Program-made: the position numbers and the translations under genes
Assembly (NCBI GenBank): GCA_963752475.1
Contig: CAVVYR010000006.1
Coordinates: forward strand, 448,001-512,000
Source: an uncultured Chloroflexia bacterium
GTDB taxonomy: Bacteria > Chloroflexota > Limnocylindria > Limnocylindrales > CSP1-4
DNA length: 64,000 nucleotides
Direction: 5' to 3'
Part shown: positions 40,343-51,846 of the stretch, one piece after another
How the letters are laid out: every line of letters begins with the position of its first letter
Position numbering within the stretch: the first letter of the stretch is position 1
Notes under the pieces: generated by a model
The model's input: the letters and a program-made list of their open reading frames with translations, nothing else
Databases searched by the model: none
Told to the model about the DNA's origin: nothing

Positions 40343-41635
40343 TCAGCTCGGCGGCTGGGCAGCAGGCGGGCCGGCAGACTGAGCACGCTCCGCCAGGATC
40401 GAGCGCACCCCGGCGACGATCAGGGACGCGGTGCCCACCGCGATCAGGATGGGGGCCGTCTGGAGCGTGCCGACCTGGGTCAGCAGCGCCGCCAGCAGGA
40501 CCAGCGAGAAGGGCGCTGAGACGATGGCACCCGGTACCGCTGCGAGCAGGCAGGCGAAGGCCAGCCCCAGGGGCACGTCCGGGACGACCTGGTTGACGAT
40601 GACGCCGGACGTGCCACCGATGAAGAGGACCGGGAAGATGGGGCCACCGATGAAGCCGCTGGCCGCGCTCACCGCGAAGGCCACCATCTTGCCCAGGAGG
40701 ATCGCGACGAGGAGCCCGAGCCCCAGGGTCTGCGCGTCCGTCAGCACGAGCTCCAGCTGGTCGCTGCCGGTGAAGGCGGTCAGCGGGAGCACCACCGCGA
40801 TGAGTCCGAAGGCGATCCCGCCGATGACGGGCTTGGCCAGGTCGTTGACCGGCAGAAGTGCGAAGACCTTCCCGGCCACCATCCGGATGCTCACCGAGAT
40901 GATGGCCACGGCCGCCGCGAGCACGCCCAGGCCCACGCCGGCGAGCAGGTGCCAATCCTCGAAATCGTAGGCCGGGATCGAGTAGATACCCAGGAACACG
41001 CTGCCGATGATGGCGAAGTAGATACCGAACGCGACGCTCGATGCCACGAGGCTCCCGAAGAACGTGCGCTCGAACCTCTCCCGGGCCGGCCGCGCGACCT
41101 CGATGACGAGGGCCATCGAGATGAGCGGGCTCGAGAAGAGTCCGCCGAAGGCACCGGCCATGCCGCTGAGCGTCAGGGCCCTGGTGTCGTCTTCCCCGAG
41201 ACCGCGCAGCCTGGCTATCCAGCCGGCCGTACCGCCGCCGATCTGTCCGAGGGCGACCTCTGGCCCCAGGCTGGCCCCACCCACCAGGGAGACGGCCGAG
41301 ACGGCCACGATCGAGGGTACGGACCGCTCGTCGACGTGCTCATCCTGCAGGTCTGCGATCAGGCCCGGTGTCTTGGGCGGCATCTTGAGCACTCGGCGCA
41401 GGATGCCCACGACGAGACCCGCGAGCGCGGCTACACCGACCCACCAGACTGGTCCATCGAACCAACCTGTGCCCGGGTCGCCGTACCAGCTGGCGCCGAC
41501 ACCGGTCACGCCCAGGAAGACGATGCCCGCGAGCGCGCCCACTACCCCCAGCAACGCGGCATACGCGACCAAACGCCAGAAGCTGCGCTTCTGCATCTCG
41601 GCCGAGGGCTCCTTCATGCTCGTGACATCGCTCAT
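40343..41635 (-). CDS. ClC family chloride channel/transporter (GPE-motif, YfeO-like)
   Basis: GASLGPEVALGQIGG, AGAFGGLFSSP, GFIGGPIFP; multi-TM; AGGAG SD. Confidence 0.82.
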   Translation of the reverse strand: MSDVTSMKEPSAEMQKRSFWRLVAYAALLGVVGALAGIVFLGVTGVGASWYGDPGTGWFDGPVWWVGVAALAGLVVGILRRVLKMPPKTPGLIADLQDEHVDERSVPSIVAVSAVSLVGGASLGPEVALGQIGGGTAGWIARLRGLGEDDTRALTLSGMAGAFGGLFSSPLISMALVIEVARPARERFERTFFGSLVASSVAFGIYFAIIGSVFLGIYSIPAYDFEDWHLLAGVGLGVLAAAVAIISVSIRMVAGKVFALLPVNDLAKPVIGGIAFGLIAVVLPLTAFTGSDQLELVLTDAQTLGLGLLVAILLGKMVAFAVSAASGFIGGPIFPVLFIGGTSGVIVNQVVPDVPLGLAFACLLAAVPGAIVSAPFSLVLLAALLTQVGTLQTAPILIAVGTASLIVAGVRSILAERAQSAGPPAAQPPS

Positions 41636-41827
41636 CCGACTCGCTCCTGGGGCTTGGCTCCACGGCCACCCCCGCCGCATCGACGAGGTGGCCTCTTGAG
41701 ACTATCGCGCTGAGATGTCTGGCGGGCGGTGCGAGACCGACAGCCGCGACCGAAACGCCAAGCTGACTGGTACTAGATCGTGATTCGGCGCAGACTGGTG
41801 GCCAAACAGCAATGAGAGCCGAGCGTC

Positions 41828-42592
41828 ATGTCCCAGAGAGGTAGCAGATCGATGTTGGACGGCGCGAAGGGTCCGCCACAGGGCCCGCTCACCCCCGACG
41901 ATGACCCGGTGAACGTGGTCACGCGAGTCGAGGGACGGCTCGATGATCTCGCTCAGCGCTTCGACCGGAGCGACTGGGTGGAGCTTGCGGCGGCGGTCAT
42001 CCTCGCCCTCGCGACGATCATCGCGGCGTGGTCGGCCTACCAGTCGACCAGGTGGAGCGGTGAACAGGCCACGGCTGCCAACCTGGCCATCGGCTTGCGC
42101 ACCGAGGCCGCCGAGGCCACGACCATCAACGCCGAGGGCGCGGAGATTGACGCCGAGTTCCTGACCGCCTGGCTCATCGTCGCGGCCGAAGGCAATGAGT
42201 CGGGCATGGTCGTCCTCGAGGAGCGGCTCCGAGATGAGTTCAGGCCCGCCTTCGAGGCCTGGCTGGAACTGACACCGGAAGGGGTGGTCCCTCCGGGCAC
42301 GCCCTTCGACCTGCCGCAATACGACGAGTACGCCGTCGATGCACGCGAGGACGCGTTCGACCTGAGTCGGCAGGCGGACGAGGCCACCGCGATCGCAGCG
42401 ACGGCCAATCAGACCGGCGACAACTTCGTGCTCGTGGCGGTCATCATGGCCTCCGTCCTCTTCTTCGCCGGCGTCGGGTCCAAGTTCAAGGGGAGGGCCA
42501 TCAGGATCGCGATGGTGTTCGCGGCTGCCGCCCTGTTCCTGGGCGGCTTGGCCTTCATGCTGAGCCTGCCGCAGAACTTCGGCCTTGGCTGA
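41828..42592 (+). CDS. Hypothetical membrane protein (DUF4337-like architecture)
   Basis: TM with AWSAYQS, helical extracellular region, two C-terminal TM segments; start uncertain. Confidence 0.55.
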   Translation: MSQRGSRSMLDGAKGPPQGPLTPDDDPVNVVTRVEGRLDDLAQRFDRSDWVELAAAVILALATIIAAWSAYQSTRWSGEQATAANLAIGLRTEAAEATTINAEGAEIDAEFLTAWLIVAAEGNESGMVVLEERLRDEFRPAFEAWLELTPEGVVPPGTPFDLPQYDEYAVDAREDAFDLSRQADEATAIAATANQTGDNFVLVAVIMASVLFFAGVGSKFKGRAIRIAMVFAAAALFLGGLAFMLSLPQNFGLG

Positions 42593-42745
42593 GCGGCTTC
42601 TCGCCGGCCGGCCGGAACCGTCCCGCCGCGCGGTCCCACCCGCGGGCTGGATCACTGGGCGGAGCTGAGGGCGCAGCGCTGGCGTCTCCCCCATAGGCAT
42701 CGCGAGCGATGCGGTCGGCTGCGTGCGGTCCGCTCTTCGAGTTCG

Positions 42746-42775
42746 TTGACACTCGGGGTGGGGGACTGATAGGAT
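42746..42775 (+). promoter_or_regulatory. Sigma70 promoter of the hrcA operon
   Basis: TTGACA-18bp-TAGGAT with extended TG. Confidence 0.75.
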
Positions 42776-42788
42776 ATGCCCCAGGGAG

Positions 42789-42815
42789 TTAGCACTCAGG
42801 ACAGGCGAGTGCTAA
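42789..42815. promoter_or_regulatory. CIRCE element (HrcA operator)
   Basis: Perfect TTAGCACTC-N9-GAGTGCTAA. Confidence 0.97.
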
Positions 42816-42853
42816 CCTCCACCCGCAGACACCCACCGCAAGACGAGGATCGA

Positions 42854-43918
42854 TTGGCGAGGCGAAAGGTACGCCCAGGACCGCTGGAGGACCGTTCAGC
42901 GGCCATCCTGCGGGCGATCATCGAGGAATACGTGGCCACCGCGCAGCCGGTGGGCAGTGTCGCGTTGGTCGAGAAGTACGCGCTCTCCATCAGTCCTGCC
43001 ACCGTGCGCAACATCATGGCGGAGCTGGAGACCGCGGCGCTGCTGGGTCATCCCCACACGAGTGCGGGTCGCGTGCCCACGGACCGCGGCTATCGCCTGT
43101 ACGTCGAGTCCATCGCGGACTCCGTCAGCCTCGCGCCCGTCGAGCAACTGATGATCCGTCACCAGTTCGGCCAGGTCGAGTTCGCCAACGAGCAGTGGTT
43201 CCGGCTGGCTGCCTCCACGCTCGCGAGCGCCACCGGCTGCGCGGCCATCGCCACGCCCATCAAGCCCCAGGCCTGCCGCATCCGCCGCATCGACATCGTA
43301 CCCACGGCGGAGCGCAACGCCAGCCTCGTGCTGGTCATGGCCGTGGGGCCGGTCAAGCAGGTGCTGCTCAACCTCGACCACGAGTACCGAGCCGCGGAGC
43401 TGGACGAGATCGCGCATGGCATCGACCGCGTGCTGAGGGCCAAGACCACAGCGGAGGTGGACGCCGTGCTCGACACCTTGCGCGAGCGCCCGGGCTCGGT
43501 CGACCCGCTCTTCACCCAGGCCGTGGAACGTGTCTCCCGCGTCATGCACGAGTTCGACGCCAGCGCCATCGAGGAGGTCTTCAGCGAGGGCCTGCTCAAC
43601 GTCATGAAGGAGCCCGAGTTCGATCGCTCCGAGCGGCTGCGCCGCGTCTTCAACGTCCTGCAGGACCGCGTCTACCTGGGTGAGCTGGTGAGCCGGCTCG
43701 CGGCCAGCGACGACGTGACCGTCCTCATCGGCAGCGAGAACGAGCACGAGGAGATGAACGACGTCTCGCTCGTGGTCGCCTCCTACGGCCGCTCCGACCG
43801 CGCGGTCGGGGTCGTCGGTGTCATCGGCCCGACGCGCATGGCCTATCCCCACGCCATCTCAACGGTCCGCTACGTGCGCGGCCTCATGAACGAATTGGTG
43901 GACCACCTGTACGCATGA
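42854..43918 (+). CDS. hrcA: Heat-inducible transcription repressor HrcA
   Basis: ILRAIIEEYV..PVGS, SPATVRN, PHTSAGRVPTDRGYR, GPTRM.Y; CIRCE upstream; TTG start with GAGG SD. Confidence 0.96.
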   Translation: MARRKVRPGPLEDRSAAILRAIIEEYVATAQPVGSVALVEKYALSISPATVRNIMAELETAALLGHPHTSAGRVPTDRGYRLYVESIADSVSLAPVEQLMIRHQFGQVEFANEQWFRLAASTLASATGCAAIATPIKPQACRIRRIDIVPTAERNASLVLVMAVGPVKQVLLNLDHEYRAAELDEIAHGIDRVLRAKTTAEVDAVLDTLRERPGSVDPLFTQAVERVSRVMHEFDASAIEEVFSEGLLNVMKEPEFDRSERLRRVFNVLQDRVYLGELVSRLAASDDVTVLIGSENEHEEMNDVSLVVASYGRSDRAVGVVGVIGPTRMAYPHAISTVRYVRGLMNELVDHLYA

Positions 43919-44548
43919 ATGACAAGAAGAACGGCGCCGAAGCAGGCGCAGCAGACCAACGGCAACCCCGAGCAGGCCGAGCAGGCAAGTCGGGCGCATG
44001 CCAAGCTGCGGCGGCTCCCGCGCCGAGGAGCGCATCGCCGCGCTCGATACCGAGGGCGTCTCGGTGAGCGCGCAGATCGAGGAGCTGACCCAGCGACTCG
44101 AGGCTGCCGAGCAACGTGCCGCCGAGGCCGAGGCCGGCTGGCAGCGCGCCCGAGCCGACTACCAGAACCTCAAGCGGCGCTAGTGAGGAGCAGCGGGCCG
44201 AGTCGGCCGGGATCGCCGGCGACCGTCTGCTCATCCGCGTGCTCGACCTCGCCGACGACTTCGACCTGGCCGTCGAGCACATTCCCGAGGACGCCCAGGA
44301 CAGCCCCTGGGTGGAGGGCATCACCGCCATCGACCGCAAGCTGCGTGCCCTGCTCGAAGCCGAGGGCATCGAGGCCATGGAGTGGCGAAGGCGAACCCTT
44401 CGATCCCCAGACCCAACAGGCCATCAGCTACGAGGACATCGCCGACGTGCCCGACGGCACCGTCATCAAGGTCCTCCAGCGCGGCTTCACCATCAACGGC
44501 CGGGTGCTGCGACCCGCTCTCGTAGCGGTCGCACGCAACGACGACTGA
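43915..44548 (+). CDS. grpE: Nucleotide exchange factor GrpE, interrupted by several apparent frameshifts
   Basis: [43 protein letters not shown] lie in three different frames between hrcA and dnaK. Confidence 0.85.
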
Positions 44549-44635
44549 CGCCGACGACCAACACCAACGCAGACGACCAACGCAGCCAGACCACCCATCG
44601 AACTGACATCGAAACCCCTCAAGGAGAAGCACTGA

Positions 44636-46576
<1,941 letters not shown>

Positions 46577-46612
46577 TCCGGGTCGGGGCCGCGCGCCCCG
46601 TCCGCCACAACC

Positions 46613-48112
46613 ATGCTGGAACGTTCACGGGAAGCGATGAAGCGCCTTCGGGGTGACCCGAGGGCGCCGTCGCCATCGCCGCGCAAACCCACCCGCGCGA
46701 CGCCGCCGAACGTGATCGGCAAAGGGCCCCTGTTGTCGGCGCCGGGCTTGAAGCTCGGCGTCGTCGTCATCCTGCGCAACGAGGGGCCGTATCTCGATGA
46801 GTGGCTCGCGTACCACCATGCCTTGGGCGTCGACCACTTCTTCATCTACGACAACGGCTCTACCGATGAGCTGCACGAGGTCATCGAGCCATGGGTCAAC
46901 CACGGCCTGGTCACGCTCGTGCACTGGCCGCTGCCCGGCGGTCAGATCGACGCCTACTCCCATGCGCTGCGCTTCTACGGCCCATCCGTCGGGTGGCTGG
47001 CGTTCTTCGACGTCGATGAGTTCGTGGTGCCGCTGGTCGACGACGATATCCCCTCGGTCCTGGCCCGGTTCCCCGACGCGGCCGATGTGCGCGTTCCACG
47101 CATCGACTTCGGCTTCTCCGGACATCGCGAACCGCCCGACCGACTGACGATCGAGTCCTACACCGAGGTGGCAGATGTCTTCGGGCGCGACGCGTCGAAG
47201 CCACCCCGGGTCAAGTCGATCGTGCAGCCGAAGTCGATCAGCGCTGTCGGCATCCACACCGCCACGGTGGCTGATGACCCACGCGGGCCCGACGGCGAGG
47301 CCGTGCCGCACAAGACCGTGGGCAAGTCCTGCTGGGGATTCGTGCAGCTGAACCACTACTACACGCGCTCGTTCGAGGAGTTCGAGTCCAAACGCTTCCG
47401 GGGGTCGGCCACGGGACGCATCGCCCGACCCGCCATCCCCTTCGACCTGCCGGCGCAGGGCGTGAACGATGCCGCGGTCCGCTTCACCGATCGGACGAAG
47501 GCCATGATCGAGCGCATCCACAGCCTGGCGCCCAGCCCGTACCGCTACGGCAGCGAGCTGGCGTTGGAGCGGTTCCCGCGCTTCAACGACCTCGGGCTCT
47601 TCACCGAGTTCGCTGTCGCCAACAGCGTGATGGAGGAGCCGGCACCACGACGCGAGCCGGCCCTGCGCATCCCCAACCTCTACGACGGCATCGGCTTCGT
47701 CGGCGTCGTCAGCGGACACGACCACGAGGTCGTCGAGGGTGAGCTCTCAGGCTCGATGCATCTGGAGCCGCTGCTGGAGCGAGCGCGCGGGCAGCTGGTA
47801 GGCACCCTCACCGATGCCGACGTCGTCGACGGCGAGGCGCGCTTCGACATCGACGCTGACGGTCAGCGACGGGTCTACGCCGCCGGTTTCGTGGTCACGA
47901 CCACCGCACCGACGAAGGTGGAGGCACTTCTGGTGCACGCAGACGGCAGTCGCAGCGAACCGGTCGAGCTGAAGCTCGATCCCGGACAGGCCTACGCTGG
48001 GCTCGTGGAGCTGGAACCCGAGCCCGACCTCGCCGAGACGGTGCGCATCCGTCTGGCATCGACCAGTGGCGAGATGGCCGTCCACGACCTCTTCGTCATC
48101 GCCTATGGCTGA
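46613..48112 (+). CDS. GT92/DUF23-like glycosyltransferase with extra C-terminal domain, paralog 1
   Basis: RNEGPYLDEWLAYH, FIYDNGSTD, FDVDEF, NHYYTRS. Confidence 0.8.
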   Translation: MLERSREAMKRLRGDPRAPSPSPRKPTRATPPNVIGKGPLLSAPGLKLGVVVILRNEGPYLDEWLAYHHALGVDHFFIYDNGSTDELHEVIEPWVNHGLVTLVHWPLPGGQIDAYSHALRFYGPSVGWLAFFDVDEFVVPLVDDDIPSVLARFPDAADVRVPRIDFGFSGHREPPDRLTIESYTEVADVFGRDASKPPRVKSIVQPKSISAVGIHTATVADDPRGPDGEAVPHKTVGKSCWGFVQLNHYYTRSFEEFESKRFRGSATGRIARPAIPFDLPAQGVNDAAVRFTDRTKAMIERIHSLAPSPYRYGSELALERFPRFNDLGLFTEFAVANSVMEEPAPRREPALRIPNLYDGIGFVGVVSGHDHEVVEGELSGSMHLEPLLERARGQLVGTLTDADVVDGEARFDIDADGQRRVYAAGFVVTTTAPTKVEALLVHADGSRSEPVELKLDPGQAYAGLVELEPEPDLAETVRIRLASTSGEMAVHDLFVIAYG

Positions 48113-49709
48113 GCCCACGCCGGCGGACAAGCTGCGTCGCCGCTTGAGCCGCCTCGTGTCCGGGACACCCGGGTCACCCGCTGCCCCGAAGGACGATGGG
48201 CGCAAGCGCAAGACGCCGGGCAAGATGCTGCGCGCCAAGCCACCCAACACTCGCGGCAGGGGACCGCTGCTCAGTGGGCCGCCGCTGGGCGTGGCTGTCG
48301 TGGCCATCGTCAAGAACGAGGCCGACTACCTCGAGGAGTGGCTGGCGTATCACCTCGCGCTGGGTGTCGACCACTTCGTCATCTACGACAACGGCAGCAC
48401 CGACGGCAGCGCCGAGCTGCTCGAGCGCTACATCAACCACGGCCTCGTCACGCGCATCGACTGGCCCATCGGGGGCGGTCAGTTGGCGGCCTACAACCAC
48501 TCCCTGCGGATGTTCGGCGCCGCCGCCCGTTGGCTGGCCTACTACGACCCTGACGAGTTCCTGGTGCCGCTGGCCGATGACGACATCCCCTCGTTCCTCG
48601 CGCGCTATCCCGACGCCGCGGTCCTGCGCGTGCCCCGCGTCGAGATCGGCTTCTCCGGCCACCGCACCAAGCCAGAGGGGCTGACCATCGACGAGTACAC
48701 CGGCGTGGCCGACGTGCTCGGGCTGGATCGGGATCTGCCACCGCGAGTGAAGTCGATCGTGCAGCCGGGTGCGGTCTCGGCCGTGGACATCCACCTGGCC
48801 TTCCCCGCTGACGTGCCCGAGCCGGGCCAGCCCACGAAGACGTACGAGGCCGAGCTGCGCGACGTGGTCCAGCTGAACCATTACTACACGCGCTCGTTCG
48901 AGGAGTTCGAGGCCAAGCGCTTCCGCGGTTCGGCGACCGGCCGCATCGCTCGCTCGGCCGTCGACTTCGATCTGCCCGTGCAGCGTGTCGACACCTCGGC
49001 CCAGCGTTTCTCCGAGCGGACGACGGCGATGTTCGAACGGCTGCGTCGACTTGACCCACGCCCGTACGAGTACGGCAGCCATATCGGCTTCGAGTACTTC
49101 CCGCGGCCCAACGACCTCTTCCGCTTCGGCGAGTTCGCCATCGCCAACTGGTCGGCTGGGCTGACCCAGCCCGCGCGCTCCGCGTCGACGCGGCTCAAGA
49201 ACCGCTACGACGGCGTCGGCCTGGTGGTGGACGTCACCGACCAGCCCGCGCAGCCGTGGCGAGACGCGCTCTCGTCCTCGTCGCACATCGAGGCCCTGCT
49301 GGGTCACATGCGTGGCCGCATCGTGAACGGGTTGACCAGCGCGCCCGATCTGCCCATCGCGGCGACGGCCGGCGAGCTCGAGCTACCCGTGGACGGCCCC
49401 GCCACCATCGGCCTGGTCGATGGCGCTGCCGAGCTGCTCATCCCACTGCCGTCGGATGCGATGCTCCGCTGCTATCACCTCGGGCTGCTGGCGAGCCTGG
49501 ACGGTGAGGCCTCGGCGGTCGCTTCGATCGAACGAAGGGAAGGCTCAGCGAGCACGCCCGTCGAACTGGGGTTGCCGGCAGGCTCGAGCGTCGCTGCCAT
49601 CGTGGAGGTCGAGCCGACGCCGAAGGAAGGGGACGTGATGCGGCTACGCTTCGAGTCCTCGGTGGACACGCTCACGCTCTACGACCTCTTCGTCATCGCG
49701 ACCGGCTAG
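48105..49709 (+). CDS. GT92/DUF23-like glycosyltransferase, paralog 2
   Basis: KNEADYLEEWLAYH, YDNGSTD, YDPDEF, NHYYTRS. Confidence 0.8.
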   Translation: MAEPTPADKLRRRLSRLVSGTPGSPAAPKDDGRKRKTPGKMLRAKPPNTRGRGPLLSGPPLGVAVVAIVKNEADYLEEWLAYHLALGVDHFVIYDNGSTDGSAELLERYINHGLVTRIDWPIGGGQLAAYNHSLRMFGAAARWLAYYDPDEFLVPLADDDIPSFLARYPDAAVLRVPRVEIGFSGHRTKPEGLTIDEYTGVADVLGLDRDLPPRVKSIVQPGAVSAVDIHLAFPADVPEPGQPTKTYEAELRDVVQLNHYYTRSFEEFEAKRFRGSATGRIARSAVDFDLPVQRVDTSAQRFSERTTAMFERLRRLDPRPYEYGSHIGFEYFPRPNDLFRFGEFAIANWSAGLTQPARSASTRLKNRYDGVGLVVDVTDQPAQPWRDALSSSSHIEALLGHMRGRIVNGLTSAPDLPIAATAGELELPVDGPATIGLVDGAAELLIPLPSDAMLRCYHLGLLASLDGEASAVASIERREGSASTPVELGLPAGSSVAAIVEVEPTPKEGDVMRLRFESSVDTLTLYDLFVIATG

Positions 49710-49718
49710 GCTGCAGCG

Positions 49719-51242
49719 ATGGCACTGAGCAAGCGCGTGGGCAAGGTCCTCGGTCGCAGCCCCGGCGAGGAGCGCAGGGAGCGTCCGCCGCTGATGGAGC
49801 GCGGCCGTTTCGATGTGTCCGTCATGGCCATCCTCAAGAACGAGGCACCGAACATGGAGGAGTGGCTTTGCCACCACATGGCCATCGGAGTCGACCACTT
49901 CTTCCTTTACGACAACGGCTCCACCGATGAGCTTCATGACGTGCTCAAGCCCTACGCCGACCACGGCGTCGTGACCACGATCTACTTCCCCATGCGCGGC
50001 CTGCAGCGCGACGCCAACAACCACGTCGTGCGCTTCTTCGGCGACACCACCGAGTGGATCGCCTATGTCGACATCGACGAGTTCCTGGTGCCCGAGCACG
50101 ACGAGTCCATCAGCGACGTCATGGCCCGCTACCCCGATGCCGAGCAGGTGCTCGTCTCACGCAAGGAGTTCTGCTACTCGGGGGTCCGCGAGCCCGTGGA
50201 CGGCCTGGTGACCGAGATCTATCGGGAGTACAGCGAGAACGTGCCGCGGATGGGTACGAGCGAGGTCCTGGCCAAACCCATCATCCGGCCCAGTGGGGCG
50301 GCTCGCGTGGGCATCCACAACGCCTTCACGGTCCATGGCCGCACGGTCAACACGGCGGGGCAGCCGACGAGCGAAGAGGCCACGGTCATCGAGGACCCGA
50401 GCTACGCCAACCTCCAGATGAACCACTACTTCACCAAGTCGTGGGCGGAGTTCCAGGCCAAGCGAACGCGTGCCACGACCTCGACCCATGCCTTCCAGCT
50501 GCCCGAGGTGCCCTTCGATATCCCCGGCCAAGTCGACCATGTCATCGATCGCTGGCAGCCGCGCACGCGGGCACTGATGGACGAGATGCGCACGCTGGCC
50601 CGCAGCCCGGCTCGTTACGGCAGCAAGCTGCGTATGCCCGGCTTCCCGATCAACGACATGTTCGGCCAGGAGGCCACGGCCATCACCTCCAACGAGGCCG
50701 CCGGTCTGACCGAAGCGCGCAAGAAGCGCTCCTTCCGCGGTCTGCCGATGCCCGGCGTGCGGGGTGCGCACGTGCGCGCCGAGGACCATGGCTACGAGCC
50801 CGCGCCGGGCCGCTTCCTCGCGTCCGAGCACATCGCCCAGGAGATGGCCTGGCTACAGGCCGAGGTCACATGGTCGGCACTCGAGCCCGAGCCGCCGCTG
50901 GGGGTCGAGGGCGGGACGCTCGAGGCCGATGAGGTCCCGGTGGTGCGGTTCGAGGGCGACCGTGGCTCGCTGGTGATCCCGACCGGGGGTGAGCCGCTTC
51001 GTCAGCATGCGCTGGCCTACGTCCTGCGCGTCGATGGCGCGGGGCCCGTCAGCGCGCAGCTGGCCGCCCGCGAGGGAGGGGAGTGGGTGCCGTCAGCGAC
51101 CTACGAGATGTCCGGTGCCGGCACCTATCTCGGTCTCGTGGCCCTGGAGAAGAAGCCGCGCACGGTCGACGCGGTGCGCATCTCGCTCGACGGCACGAGC
51201 GAGGTCACGATCTACGATCTGGCGCTGCTCGTCTTCGGCTGA
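49719..51242 (+). CDS. GT92/DUF23-like glycosyltransferase, paralog 3
   Basis: KNEAPNMEEWLCHH, YDNGSTD, VDIDEF, NHYFTKS. Confidence 0.8.
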   Translation: MALSKRVGKVLGRSPGEERRERPPLMERGRFDVSVMAILKNEAPNMEEWLCHHMAIGVDHFFLYDNGSTDELHDVLKPYADHGVVTTIYFPMRGLQRDANNHVVRFFGDTTEWIAYVDIDEFLVPEHDESISDVMARYPDAEQVLVSRKEFCYSGVREPVDGLVTEIYREYSENVPRMGTSEVLAKPIIRPSGAARVGIHNAFTVHGRTVNTAGQPTSEEATVIEDPSYANLQMNHYFTKSWAEFQAKRTRATTSTHAFQLPEVPFDIPGQVDHVIDRWQPRTRALMDEMRTLARSPARYGSKLRMPGFPINDMFGQEATAITSNEAAGLTEARKKRSFRGLPMPGVRGAHVRAEDHGYEPAPGRFLASEHIAQEMAWLQAEVTWSALEPEPPLGVEGGTLEADEVPVVRFEGDRGSLVIPTGGEPLRQHALAYVLRVDGAGPVSAQLAAREGGEWVPSATYEMSGAGTYLGLVALEKKPRTVDAVRISLDGTSEVTIYDLALLVFG

Positions 51243-51736
51243 TTCTTGCGGCCGCCCGTGGGGGTGGCGCCACGGATCCGACCGAGCGAGACCCAGGCTT
51301 CCGGGTCATCGGCCAGCTCCGCTACCCGCGTGGGCAGCTCATGGTCGCGCAGGTTGGCCAGGGTGGTGGTCTCGAGGATGTCGCGCAGCGCGGCGCGGAC
51401 CGCGATCCAGACGTCGGTCAGTGGCTCTGCCGCGCCCTTGTATTCCATGTTCTCTGGACGGTCGCCTCGCACGTTGGCAAGCGGGCCGTCGACGGCACGG
51501 ATGACGTCGGCCACACTGATCTCCTCTGCCGGGCGCGCCAGAGCGTAGCCGCCCTCCGGGCCACGCTGGCTGCGGACGATGCCGGCGTGTTTGAGCTCGA
51601 GCAGGATGGTCTCGAGGAACTTGGCCGGGATGTCCTGTGCCGAAGCGATGCGCTCGGCCTTGATGGGCTTGTCGGTCGCGGTGGACAGTTCGGCAGCGGC
51701 GCGGGCGGCGTAGTCGGCCTTGGCAGAGACTCTCAT
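51212..51736 (-). CDS. Cys-less Rrf2 family regulator (Rv1287/CymR-like)
   Basis: MRVSAKADYA, SQRGPEGGY, VDGPLANVR, DVW; no Cys residues. Confidence 0.88.
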   Translation of the reverse strand: MRVSAKADYAARAAAELSTATDKPIKAERIASAQDIPAKFLETILLELKHAGIVRSQRGPEGGYALARPAEEISVADVIRAVDGPLANVRGDRPENMEYKGAAEPLTDVWIAVRAALRDILETTTLANLRDHELPTRVAELADDPEAWVSLGRIRGATPTGGRKNQPKTSSARS

Positions 51737-51846
51737 GTGCCATTATTCTCCCATATCTTGATAGGAATAGTGGGACGGCTCTGCTACGCTAGTCGGCGTC
51801 GAAACCGACCGCCGCGTCGGAAGTCGGAAACGGAGGCCAGCAGGGC

